A stretch of 64,000 bases of DNA from Nitrospiraceae bacterium (GTDB lineage Bacteria; Nitrospirota; Nitrospiria; Nitrospirales; Nitrospiraceae). Below the pieces are notes generated by a model. That model did not search any database, was not told where the DNA came from, and worked only from the letters and a program-made list of their open reading frames with translations. Within the stretch, counting starts at the first letter, position 1. Each line of letters starts with the position of its first letter. The position numbers and the translations under genes were made by a program. This document shows, piece after piece, positions 45,833-54,517 of this stretch. The stretch is taken from positions 20,086 through 84,085 of the forward strand of contig JBGTCI010000002.1 in assembly GCA_041748925.1 (NCBI GenBank), written 5' to 3'.

Positions 45833-46555
45833 GTGAAAGTGAGGGAGATGGCAATGAGAACCACGCAAATGGCAAGGCGCTTTGTGATGACAAGTCTACT
45901 GATTCTCCTGGCGCCGATTGTCCCCTTCTCGCCTCAAGCGTATGGAGAAACCTACGTGGCAGGCCAGGTCGGGTATGTTGAGCCACAGGACTTGAGCAAT
46001 GGAGAAGTCACCCAAACCCAAATCAGTGGACTCAGTATTTCTGATCAGCCGATGCAGAACACCCTCAGCCTGGGCGGAAAAGTTGGCCACTTTTTCACAA
46101 AAGCTCGCTGGATAGGTATCGAGACCGGAGTGTTCTACTCCACCCCACATATCAAAGAAGGGTCTCTGGTATTCTCGGGTCCCGGTGGGTCGTTAACTTC
46201 GCCAGTCTTTGCGGGCGTTCACCAGCGCATGATTACGTGGGATAACAGCATCGTGGTCCGGTATCCTGGTTATCGCCTTCAACCATATGTTGGGATCGGA
46301 CCCTCCATTTACTTTGCCTCATTAAATGGTCCTGATGCACCGCCGGGACAATCCGCCACCGCATTCGGCTTCAATGCTGAACTCGGGCTACGTTACTATA
46401 TTACCCGTAGCTTGGCTTTGTTCGGAGAAGGAAAGTATAACTACGCACGCATAAACTACGCCTCAAACGATAGCGATCCGAACGCGGACCCGTTCGCATT
46501 TAAAGCAACTTATACCCCCCTTACATTCAGCCTCGGCGTCAGCTACCACTTCTGA
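45833..46555 (+). CDS. Outer-membrane beta-barrel protein (OmpW/OmpA-like small porin)
   Basis: 240 aa with a signal peptide ending AYG, alternating hydrophobic beta-strand pattern, and C-terminal ...LGVSYHF. Several in-frame start candidates. Confidence 0.75.
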   Translation: MKVREMAMRTTQMARRFVMTSLLILLAPIVPFSPQAYGETYVAGQVGYVEPQDLSNGEVTQTQISGLSISDQPMQNTLSLGGKVGHFFTKARWIGIETGVFYSTPHIKEGSLVFSGPGGSLTSPVFAGVHQRMITWDNSIVVRYPGYRLQPYVGIGPSIYFASLNGPDAPPGQSATAFGFNAELGLRYYITRSLALFGEGKYNYARINYASNDSDPNADPFAFKATYTPLTFSLGVSYHF

Positions 46556-46630
46556 TCGACCAAACCACCCGCCACTGCTTATATCTAGCAAACCAACGCG
46601 GTTCGGTGTAGCTTAGACACTGAGCCGCTC

Positions 46631-46996
46631 ATGAAAATTTGTCCATCATGCCGACGGGAACTCCCGGAGATTAGTCGCTACTGTGCGCAATGCGGTCAAC
46701 GGCTTCATGCAGACCCCGTTGAACTCCCTCCGCCACCGCCACCACCCACAAGACCTGGGCCAGGACAACTCAACATCGAAGTCCTGTATGGCATGGTGGC
46801 TACTCTGTCTCTCGCCATCATCTTCCCACCCTGGGAAACCCCGCCGTCACAGGCCCCCGAATTTCTAGGCCTGCATTTCATCTTAAACCCACCGATACCT
46901 GATGCCGTCGTAAGTCGATTGCTGTTGACGATCGAACTCGTCACCATCGCCATCGCGGGATTGTATGGATCTTTCCTCTTCCGGCAAAAGCCTTGA
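46631..46996 (+). CDS. Zinc-ribbon / proline-rich / TM protein (hypothetical)
   Basis: 121 aa. CPSC...(10 aa)...CAQC ribbon, LPPPPPPPTRPGPG linker, two TM helices. Confidence 0.6.
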   Translation: MKICPSCRRELPEISRYCAQCGQRLHADPVELPPPPPPPTRPGPGQLNIEVLYGMVATLSLAIIFPPWETPPSQAPEFLGLHFILNPPIPDAVVSRLLLTIELVTIAIAGLYGSFLFRQKP

Positions 46997-47097
46997 AGTT
47001 GAGTCAGAAGGTCTACAAGTCAAACGTCATCAAGTCATCCTCAGACTTTTAGACTTGAAGACATGGAGAATTTTGTGACTGTTGGCGAGCGACATTA

Positions 47098-47898
47098 TTA
47101 GTCGAGGGCCAGCGTGAGACACTTGCCCGAGCCGCCCGATTTCATGAATTCATCCAGCGGGACTGGATGAGGAAGATAGCCGTTTGAGGTCAACAGCGAT
47201 TCTGTTTCCGGACAGCCTGCGGGCAGCACAACATGTTTCCCGACACAGACGGCATTACAGGCAAACCTGAGCGCCTCAGCTTCCGGCGCCACGAGACGTT
47301 TGGAAGGAGCGATCCGTTCGATAAGTACCTCTTGTCCATAACGATCGAAGGCGGGAGGGAAATACAGAAGTTCACCGCCGCTCAAGGGACACAAGCAGGT
47401 ATCGAGGTGATAGAATCGCTTGTCGACTAGTTCGAGGGGAATGATCTCTCGGTGGAACCAGTCGCTGAGCGTCGAGTACACACGAATGTCCGATCGCTGT
47501 CGGTAGCCACCGAACCAGGTGTCGGGAAATCTCAAGAGGTCTCCAGCCCCCTCGAAGAAGCAACCCGGATCCAACGTGATGACTTCGTACCCCTGTCCAC
47601 GAAACCAGTTCTCAAAGTACGTCTCTTCCTTCTGCCGTTCGGTATAGCGAAAACGGCTCGGCACCGCTTTGCCTCCAGCGACGATACCAGCATTCGCCGT
47701 GAATACGAGATCGGGCAGTCCCGGCACCGGCTTCATCCGTTCCAGCACCACACCCACATCTTGTTCGAGCACTTGCATGAGGTGATGCCATTGGCGGACG
47801 GCCTCGTCTGAATTGACGGCGTTCGAACGGCGCATCCATGGGTTAATCTCGTATTCGATACTGAAATAGTCCGGCGGGCAGACCAGTAGGCGACTCAT
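47098..47898 (-). CDS. Guanidino-group-modifying enzyme superfamily protein, ArgZ-like arginine dihydrolase / amidinotransferase
   Basis: 266 aa. CPPDYF.IEYEINPWM, FYHLDTC, and C-terminal nucleophile context GGSGKC. Confidence 0.7.
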   Translation of the reverse strand: MSRLLVCPPDYFSIEYEINPWMRRSNAVNSDEAVRQWHHLMQVLEQDVGVVLERMKPVPGLPDLVFTANAGIVAGGKAVPSRFRYTERQKEETYFENWFRGQGYEVITLDPGCFFEGAGDLLRFPDTWFGGYRQRSDIRVYSTLSDWFHREIIPLELVDKRFYHLDTCLCPLSGGELLYFPPAFDRYGQEVLIERIAPSKRLVAPEAEALRFACNAVCVGKHVVLPAGCPETESLLTSNGYLPHPVPLDEFMKSGGSGKCLTLALD

Positions 47899-47918
47899 GG
47901 CCTCTCCTCCGACAAAGT

Positions 47919-48007
47919 GTCGGTCGGTTGTTTTGGTTTGTTTGGTTTGTCTCGTTCATTTGGTTGAACAAAACAAACCAGAGAAACCGGATAAACCAAA
48001 TAAACCA
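47919..48007. repeat. N9-type hairpin, copy 8 (GGTTTGT variant)
   Basis: GTCGGTCGGTTGTTTTGGTTTGTTTGGTTTGTCTCGTTCATTTGGTT - loop - AACAAACCAGAGAAACCGGATAAACCAAATAAACC. Ends 3 nt from stop 48011. Confidence 0.85.
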
Positions 48008-48010
48008 CAA

Positions 48011-49255
48011 TCACAGACGGGCTCCAAGCTCGCGCGCTAGCTCGCGCAAAAATGACGCGGCGTCCATCACCAGCCCAACAGCTTGAAAACTTCCTCGATC
48101 CGCGAGTTTCGTCGGGACGGCCGGATTGACATCGACGCAGACGGAAGGAATCGTGGCAGGCAACAAATTGCCCGTCGCCACTGCGTGCAGAGTCGAGGCG
48201 ACGAGCAAGGCGAGTCCGATACCGGAGATGGCTGCACGCATGGCTGCCTGGGCTTCCAGCGAATCCGTGATGACGCCGGGCAGCGGACCGTCGTCGCGGA
48301 TCGTGCCGGCCATGACGACCTGGACACCCCGCCTGACGCAGGCCGCCATAATTCCTGTTTTGATGACACCGGACCTGACTGCTGCTTCGATGCTGCCGAT
48401 GGCCCTGATCCGATTGATGGTTCGCAGATGGTGTTCATGCCCGTGCGGCACGACACGACCAGCCGCGTGCCCATACCCGAGGGATGTGCCGTAAAGATCG
48501 ACTTCCATATCATGGGCGGGCAAAGCGTTCCCGCAGAACAAGACATGGATGAATTCTTCATCGATGAGCCAGGTCAACGCCTCGCGCCCTCCTGCGTGAA
48601 CAATCGCCGGGCCTCCCGCTAGCAGCACCTTGCTCTCCGCTTTCCCCTCACGGAACCTTGTTCGCAACTGCACGAGACGCTTGGCGATGTCGCTGATGAC
48701 AAGTGCGTGGGGACGCTCGGACGAGACCTGCGATTCCATGAAGCTGAACACATCGCGGTCACGGGGCCGCTGGAGGGGAATCACCCGCACGCCGTCACGG
48801 CCGATTACAATCTGCTCTCCCCGCTTCACGTCTCCCATCGGTACGGTCCGAGCAGTCAGGCGCACGAGGTCTACACGAATCCCCAGATCCATCTCGATTC
48901 CCTCCACCTCCACCCACTGGTCACGCACTCGCACCTGAGTGGGCAAATGGGTTGTGGCGTAAAATTCGTCGGGGAAGATACCGTCAGAGGGCGCCGCACT
49001 CAGCCGGCAGTCCCGTTCACTTTCGACCGACGCACCGTGGGGTTGAATGGCATGGAGAATATCGCTGAGCAGTTTCCCGGACGAGGCCCGCACGACAATT
49101 CTGGCGCGCGACGGTTCCTCGCGAGTCTTACCGATTTGCATCTCCTGGAGGTCAAACGTCCCCCCCATCATCAGAATCGTGTCCAGCACCTTCGCCAAGA
49201 TCAACGAATCGATGATATGGCCCTGGAGCAAGACGGTTTCTTGGTCATGCGTCAT
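48011..49255 (-). CDS. LOR/SDH-conserved-region protein (TIGR00300 family)
   Basis: 414 aa. N-terminal LQGHIIDSLILAKVLD.I...GG.F is typical of TIGR00300 from memory. Homologous to the C-terminal part of cyanobacterial ArgZ. Confidence 0.7.
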   Translation of the reverse strand: MTHDQETVLLQGHIIDSLILAKVLDTILMMGGTFDLQEMQIGKTREEPSRARIVVRASSGKLLSDILHAIQPHGASVESERDCRLSAAPSDGIFPDEFYATTHLPTQVRVRDQWVEVEGIEMDLGIRVDLVRLTARTVPMGDVKRGEQIVIGRDGVRVIPLQRPRDRDVFSFMESQVSSERPHALVISDIAKRLVQLRTRFREGKAESKVLLAGGPAIVHAGGREALTWLIDEEFIHVLFCGNALPAHDMEVDLYGTSLGYGHAAGRVVPHGHEHHLRTINRIRAIGSIEAAVRSGVIKTGIMAACVRRGVQVVMAGTIRDDGPLPGVITDSLEAQAAMRAAISGIGLALLVASTLHAVATGNLLPATIPSVCVDVNPAVPTKLADRGSFQAVGLVMDAASFLRELARELGARL

Positions 49256-49351
49256 AAATCACACTCCCACTCGTGATGGATATGCTCCGCACAAATTCTA
49301 CCACCAGTATCAACCGCTGCAGATCAGATCCTGACTATGCATTAATCCTAG

Positions 49352-49521
49352 CAGGCTGCTCAAAATGCTCCGCTAGCGAGGCCGCAGGCGAGAAGAAACC
49401 GGAGGCGTAGCATTCTCACCCGCCCAACCCCGAGCTGTCTGAACAGCTCTTTTCCCGGGTCGGCTACGTTGAGGATTTCTTCGACCCGAGAACGAAGCTA
49501 GCGGACATTTTCAGCAGCCTG
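49352..49521 (-). repeat. P125 element, copy E, with nested module, overlapping the truD 3' end
   Basis: CAGGCTGCTCAAAATG...GGAGGCGTA[GCATTCTCACCCGCCCAACCCCGAGCTG-TCTGAA-CAGCTC...]TACGTTGAGGAT...CATTTTCAGCAGCCTG. The last 8 truD codons and its stop lie inside the right arm. Confidence 0.85.
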
Positions 49522-50547
49522 TACGTCGGGTTTCATGAGTTCGCGGAGGATACTCGTCGCATAGCCCCCGGGGGGAAGTGAAAAAGAAAGGGTGAGCACC
49601 GACCCCTCCAGGGCCCAATCAAAATCGGCAAGCGGGATTCGGAACGAGCGTCGTTCACCACGAAACCCGCAGGCCTTCGCAGCGTCGGTGAGAGCTTCCG
49701 GCGTGGCTCCGCTCTCAGCGATCACGGCCCGTTCGATTTCACCAGGTTCTCCGCCGGCCCACGAGGCGCGCGATCCGAACAGAATGCCGGTGGGACTGAT
49801 CTCAAACCGGTCGGCCCGTGACTGTTCCTTTATGGCATCCTCGACTAGAAAACAGGCACCGTTTTCCATTTTCATCGCCCAGTCTCCAACCAGAATTTGA
49901 TCGAGTCGATCCAGGCGTCGGGCCAACATGGCATTAAAGAAATGCGATTGATAGGCGTTGAGATACCACATGCGCTTGGACCGGCTCAGCCTGTTCCGGC
50001 GGGCAGGGTCCACCAATAGTTCGGCTCCAGTCTGGTAATTCTGTCCGCTTCGCCCTTGCCGTTGCGGGCCAAAATAGTTCGGCATGCCTCGCCGCACCAA
50101 GATGTCTGTAACCAGGGGCACCGTCTCGCGGGCGTGCGTGGCGACATCCCGAATCACCAATCGAAAGTGATTGCCTGCATGATGCCCTGGACGCAAGCGA
50201 TTGCGATGCCGGCCCAGCACTTCCACAGATAAGAGTTGTTCGTCTAATTTCAGTCGATCCAGCCGTTCGGGTGCGACGCCGAGAAGCGAGACCATTTGCG
50301 TGGTCACGGCCCTGGCGTCCTTGAGGCCAGCCACTCCGATCGCTTGCGCTTTCACCCCCAAGACCGAAGACAGTCGCAGGACGAGATCCGGCGTCGAGAG
50401 CAGGCGCTTTCTGATCTTGACGTATAGATGCTCGCCCTCTCCACAGGGAAGATAGAGCGGACGTTCCTCAACCTGGAAGTCTTCCGGAACCGCCCGCATC
50501 TGTCCGCCGATCCCCGGCAACGCCGCGGTTAAAAAGGGCATGGTCAT
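49498..50547 (-). CDS. truD: tRNA pseudouridine(13) synthase TruD
   Basis: 349 aa with GLKDARAVTTQ catalytic Asp motif. C-terminus (PDVQAAENVR*) is encoded by repeat sequence. Confidence 0.9.
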   Translation of the reverse strand: MTMPFLTAALPGIGGQMRAVPEDFQVEERPLYLPCGEGEHLYVKIRKRLLSTPDLVLRLSSVLGVKAQAIGVAGLKDARAVTTQMVSLLGVAPERLDRLKLDEQLLSVEVLGRHRNRLRPGHHAGNHFRLVIRDVATHARETVPLVTDILVRRGMPNYFGPQRQGRSGQNYQTGAELLVDPARRNRLSRSKRMWYLNAYQSHFFNAMLARRLDRLDQILVGDWAMKMENGACFLVEDAIKEQSRADRFEISPTGILFGSRASWAGGEPGEIERAVIAESGATPEALTDAAKACGFRGERRSFRIPLADFDWALEGSVLTLSFSLPPGGYATSILRELMKPDVQAAENVR

Positions 50548-50626
50548 GGCGCAATCGGCCTCTTCTTCCTTTGCACGTAATCGCCTTACCGTTCAGTCAA
50601 TCTGGATAGGGATGTGACAACTCGCA

Positions 50627-50635
50627 TGATATACT
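50627..50635 (+). promoter_or_regulatory. Extended -10 element 6 nt upstream of ATG 50642 (leaderless-type context)
   Basis: TGaTATACT then tttcct then ATG. No SD. Confidence 0.35.
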
Positions 50636-50641
50636 TTTCCT

Positions 50642-51283
50642 ATGTTATTGCGCCCCATGATAGTCCATCAGCCTACAGTCTTCTTGTTAGCGGCGGGAGT
50701 GTTCCTCACCATTCTGATGTGTGCGCTGTTCCCGGGGAACTTGTTGGGTGGAGACAATGCAATCTTTCAACAGTTCACCCAGCACATCAGCCGGCAGATC
50801 CACAAAGACAAACAGGCCTTTGCACAAGCGAACACCTGCGTCACATGGTTTTATAAGGCGGGAAAGACGCCTCCTCCGACCGTGCAGGGAATCGGCTGGA
50901 ACCCCAGTCTTTTATCCCAGCCCGAAGCGGATTGTCTTCGCAATTACCCGAGCGGAATGGACGATGCGCGAGGTGATCTTGCCAAGACACAGGCGTTGCT
51001 CTCGGTAAGTCTGACCTTCTATGAATTTGCTCTGGTCGCCGACCGGAATGATGATGCGATCTACAGTCCCGTTGAGCTTCAAGACTTGCTCGGCTCCCTC
51101 ACTCTCTCCTACCATGACGGGGAGCCGACCTCGAAGCAGGTTACAGCACTCATAGAGCGGTTCGACAGCTGGTACCGCAGCCGCAATATGGACGCCTTGA
51201 TGCAAAGCATGAGCGATCTGTATGAACGAGGCTATCGCGTGACCCCCTCCGATCGTGTCGAACTGGATCGGGTGATGGGATGA
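50642..51283 (+). CDS. Secreted hypothetical protein with EF-hand-like loop
   Basis: 213 aa with an N-terminal hydrophobic segment. DRNDDAIYSPVE fits the canonical 12-residue EF-hand loop (D-x-N-x-D-x-x-x-x-x-x-E). Confidence 0.6.
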   Translation: MLLRPMIVHQPTVFLLAAGVFLTILMCALFPGNLLGGDNAIFQQFTQHISRQIHKDKQAFAQANTCVTWFYKAGKTPPPTVQGIGWNPSLLSQPEADCLRNYPSGMDDARGDLAKTQALLSVSLTFYEFALVADRNDDAIYSPVELQDLLGSLTLSYHDGEPTSKQVTALIERFDSWYRSRNMDALMQSMSDLYERGYRVTPSDRVELDRVMG

Positions 51284-52122
51284 CACCACGCACCACGCCT
51301 TGGCCCGATCGAGCCCGTTCCTTCATCGGATATTGTCTCAGCGAGCCGCTCTATCGGCTCTTTAGTCTCGTTCCCCACTGGGAGGTCGGACTGTCCACAC
51401 ATGAGATTTCCCGACTCACCTACGCGCACAGACCCTTGGCAGGCCGGCGGGCCGTGCATCTGAGCGATCTGCACCTCGACCGCTATCAGCCGCGGCACGA
51501 TCTCGTTGTCGCAACTATCGGCGAACTCCGCCCCGACTGGATCTTTGTCACCGGCGACCTGCTCAACGTGCCGGAGGGGCTGCCGCATGTGTTTCGATTT
51601 CTCGCCGGCTTGCGCGAGATTGCGCCGGTCTTCGTCACCTTGGGCAATCACGATCACTACAGCGGCGTGCCGATCGATCGATATTGCGAACTCGCCGATC
51701 GCCACAAGATCACCCTCTTGATCAATCAGGCCACCTTCATTTCCACGGACTGTGGCGAGATCGCCATTGTCGGCGTCGACGATCCCTCACTGCATCGGGC
51801 CGACTTGAGCTGTCTACCGCCAAGCGCAGAGAACCGCTTCACGCTGCTGCTGGCCCATGCGCCGAACATCCTCGATCAGCTGGAGGATCACCACGCCGTC
51901 GATCTGATCCTCTGCGGGCATAGCCACGGAGGCCAGTGGCGCATACCCGGCGTTCCGACATTCTGGCTTCCTCCCGGGTGTAACGGACGTATTGAGGGGC
52001 ATCACGGAGGACCTAGCCGCCGGCTCTATGTCAATCGCGGGCTTGGATGGTCGTTTCTTCCCCTACGTTTGAATTGCACGCCGGAAATTGTCTGTATTGA
52101 ATGGATAGACAAAGAGACGTAA
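51280..52122 (+). CDS. Metallophosphoesterase (calcineurin-like)
   Basis: 280 aa. HLSDLHLD, TGDLLN, LGNHDH and CGHSHGGQ motifs. ATGA overlap with the upstream ORF. Confidence 0.85.
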   Translation: MTPRTTPWPDRARSFIGYCLSEPLYRLFSLVPHWEVGLSTHEISRLTYAHRPLAGRRAVHLSDLHLDRYQPRHDLVVATIGELRPDWIFVTGDLLNVPEGLPHVFRFLAGLREIAPVFVTLGNHDHYSGVPIDRYCELADRHKITLLINQATFISTDCGEIAIVGVDDPSLHRADLSCLPPSAENRFTLLLAHAPNILDQLEDHHAVDLILCGHSHGGQWRIPGVPTFWLPPGCNGRIEGHHGGPSRRLYVNRGLGWSFLPLRLNCTPEIVCIEWIDKET

Positions 52123-52133
52123 CCTTGCATGGG

Positions 52134-52772
52134 TCATGAATGCTTGATCCGTTCCAGCGCCTCCTTCGATCGGCTCCTGACGGTTTGGTCATAATCCCCC
52201 TCCATGACGGTCGTCAGTTTCTCCTTCGCCTCACTGGCGCGCAACCGGCCCAATCCCAACGCCGCACTGGAACGTACATAGGCATGATCATCTTCCAACG
52301 CCTTCAGCAACAAGGGAACCACTGTCCCATCGTTCAAGACGCCGAGGTGACTGGCCGCCATCCCGCGAACCCGATGCTGCTTGTCCCCCAGCGCCGACTG
52401 CAACGTCGTCGCGAAGAGGTCTCGTAACGCAGGCGTCACAGTTTCCAACCCTTCTGCCCGATACTTATTCACTTCAATCAGTGCAAAGGCGATTTCCAGC
52501 TTTTTCTCCTGTCCGGTAGCCTGTTCGAACGCAGCTATTAACTTCGCACGTTCACGCCGTTGCCCCCTGCGGCGGATGAATACCCGAACCAACATCCACA
52601 GACCAGCCGCGATCACCAGGCCGGCGAACGCCACGGGAATGGCTTGATCGATCACATACTCTTGAGCATCGAGCGACAGACGCTTCCACGCCCAGACGCC
52701 GGCAATCACGACGCCGAGGATGATCGCGATGGCGGTCAGATTGGTCTTGCTAGATTCAGAACGAGTACTCAT
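52134..52772 (-). CDS. Membrane-anchored HEAT-repeat protein
   Basis: 212 aa with two N-terminal TM helices, then PBS-lyase/HEAT-like repeats (VR..AA..LG.L). Confidence 0.7.
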   Translation of the reverse strand: MSTRSESSKTNLTAIAIILGVVIAGVWAWKRLSLDAQEYVIDQAIPVAFAGLVIAAGLWMLVRVFIRRRGQRRERAKLIAAFEQATGQEKKLEIAFALIEVNKYRAEGLETVTPALRDLFATTLQSALGDKQHRVRGMAASHLGVLNDGTVVPLLLKALEDDHAYVRSSAALGLGRLRASEAKEKLTTVMEGDYDQTVRSRSKEALERIKHS

Positions 52773-52788
52773 GGGGATAGTATCTTAG

Positions 52789-52948
52789 CAGGATGTCGAA
52801 AAAGTCTGCCAGCAATGCGGGGCCTGGTCGATCCTCGATTGCGCGCAACTTTCTCACCCGCCCACCCACTGGCAGATATTTTCACCTACCCTACCCTCCG
52901 ATGGCTTCGCAATCGATTTCCCGAGACGTGCCAGTAGCCCGAGCGAGC
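52789..52948 (+). repeat. Mosaic: P125 left-end fragment plus TTCTCACCC module split by a further insertion
   Basis: CAGGATGTCGAAAAAGTCTGCCAGC... then TTCTCACCCGCCCACCCACTGGCA[about 47-nt insert]GAGACGTGCCAGTAGCCCGAGCGAGC. Compare the uninterrupted copy at 21561-21612. Confidence 0.7.
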
Positions 52949-52989
52949 ACATTCTGTCGTGCGCGTTCCGCGAACACTTCCCATGTGGC

Positions 52990-53114
52990 CCTTCCAAGCT
53001 TGCTCGTTCCCTCTCAGGGATGGGGGGTGATTGATCTCCTACTGCGCGCGTGCAACGAGGGGAGTCTTCGACCGCGCGTTGCGCGAGCACAGGAGATCAA
53101 TCAGTCTCCATCCC
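52990..53114. repeat. T-family palindromic element, copy T2
   Basis: CCTTCCAAGCTTGCTCGTTCCCTCTCAGGGATGGGGGGTGATTGATCTCCTACTGCGCGCG ... CGCGCGTTGCGCGAGCACAGGAGATCAATCAGTCTCCATCCC. Collinear with T1. Confidence 0.85.
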
Positions 53115-53156
53115 GCATTGTTCTGAGACCTAATTCCTTTTATCTCTCTTTAGGGG

Positions 53157-53243
53157 AGCGGCCAGGCTGCCCTTCACTGCGCGCATCGAACGAGGCCCTT
53201 CTCAGGGCGCGCGTTCTGCGAGCAAGAAGGGCACCCGGCCGCT
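53157..53243. repeat. T-family-related hairpin, T3
   Basis: GCGGCCAGGCTGCCCTTCACTGCGCGC-ATCGAACGAGGCCCTTCTCAGGGC-GCGCGTTCTGCGAGCAAGAAGGGCACCCGGCCGC. Its left half recurs at 14673-14704. Confidence 0.8.
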
Positions 53244-53257
53244 CCCCGCCTCCCCTC

Positions 53258-53286
53258 TTGACCATTGTTCTAATGCGGACTATTCT
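53258..53286 (+). promoter_or_regulatory. Sigma70-like promoter ending 6 nt before the MarR ATG (leaderless-type context)
   Basis: TTGACC, 17-nt spacer, TATTCT, then ctcgat, then ATG 53293. No SD. Confidence 0.4.
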
Positions 53287-53292
53287 CTCGAT

Positions 53293-53754
53293 ATGGAGTT
53301 GCCGGATCTGAAAGATGATCCCTATCTGAAAGTGCTGCGGCCACTGGTCGAAGCCTATCTGGCCTTCTGGCGCATCGATATTCGCCATATTAAATCTCTG
53401 CGGCTGACGCCTTCACAGTTCGATGTCATTGCCACGCTGGGAGATACGGAGGGCATGACCTGCTCAGAGCTCTCGTCCCATACGCTCGTCACGAAAGGCA
53501 CGCTCACCGGTGTCCTCGATCGCCTCGTCTCCAAAGGCCTGATCCGGAGGGATGCCATGAAACAAGATCGCCGTTGCACCAAGATCTCGTTGACCGCGAA
53601 AGGCGATGCGCTCTTTCGAAAAACATTCGCAGCCCACTTGGCCTTTCTCCGTCCATTCTTTGAGCGGGCGTTACGCCCCGAAGAAGCGGAGCAGACTCGC
53701 GTGTTACTCCTGCGTCTGCGGGATAGCTTTCGCCAGAAGATTGAGGCAATCTGA
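53293..53754 (+). CDS. MarR family transcriptional regulator
   Basis: 153 aa with a winged HTH (LTPSQFDVIATLGDTEGMTCSELS...LVTKGTLTGVLDRLVSKGLIRR..D..DRR). Confidence 0.85.
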   Translation: MELPDLKDDPYLKVLRPLVEAYLAFWRIDIRHIKSLRLTPSQFDVIATLGDTEGMTCSELSSHTLVTKGTLTGVLDRLVSKGLIRRDAMKQDRRCTKISLTAKGDALFRKTFAAHLAFLRPFFERALRPEEAEQTRVLLLRLRDSFRQKIEAI

Positions 53755-53757
53755 CCC

Positions 53758-54513
53758 ATGCACGTCACCATTCTCGGCTCCGGCACGAATATACACCCCA
53801 CGCGAGCAGCTGCGGGCTATCTCGTCCGCACCGACCATACGATACTCTTGGACTTTGGCCCACGCACATTGGCGAATTTACTCAAAACAGGCATGAACCG
53901 GCATCGAATCACCCACATCCTCTTCTCCCATTACCACGCCGATCACTTTTCCGACTTCATCACCTATTTTTTCGACGCGATGATTTTCACCAAATACCAA
54001 GGAGGAACCAGGCCACCGCTCACGGTGATCGGACCCCGGGGGACCAAAAAATTCTTCAAGGCCCTCTTCACTACCTTACCCGGCTTTACGCGCGCGCCCT
54101 TCGCGGTGCATTTCAAAGAAGTGTCGGATCGGGCGTTTACGATCGGAAAGACGACGGTCATTCCTCGAACTGTGACCCACACGCAGAATCTTCATTGCCT
54201 GGGGTATCGAATCGAATATGGCGGGAAGGCTCTGGCGTATTCAGGCGATTCGCAATACTGTGACAGTCTCGTGCGCCTCTGTGGAGACGTCGATCTCGCG
54301 GTGCTGGACTGTTCCTTCCCGGCGAGTCGGCCAAGTCCGGTCCATCTGCATGCCGGCCAATGCGGGCTGGTGGCGAGAGAGGCCGGGGTCGGCCGGCTCG
54401 TGCTGTCGCATTTGTATCCGGTTACCGACCGATACAATGTGCGGGAACAGGCAGGGGAAGCATTCGGGGGAAAGATAGTGGTTGCGCGGGACTTAATGAC
54501 AATCAAACTCTAG
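53758..54513 (+). CDS. MBL-fold metallo-hydrolase (RNase Z/ElaC-like)
   Basis: 251 aa with the HxHxDH motif (HYHADH) and downstream His/Asp ligand candidates. Confidence 0.8.
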   Translation: MHVTILGSGTNIHPTRAAAGYLVRTDHTILLDFGPRTLANLLKTGMNRHRITHILFSHYHADHFSDFITYFFDAMIFTKYQGGTRPPLTVIGPRGTKKFFKALFTTLPGFTRAPFAVHFKEVSDRAFTIGKTTVIPRTVTHTQNLHCLGYRIEYGGKALAYSGDSQYCDSLVRLCGDVDLAVLDCSFPASRPSPVHLHAGQCGLVAREAGVGRLVLSHLYPVTDRYNVREQAGEAFGGKIVVARDLMTIKL

Positions 54514-54517
54514 GGGC

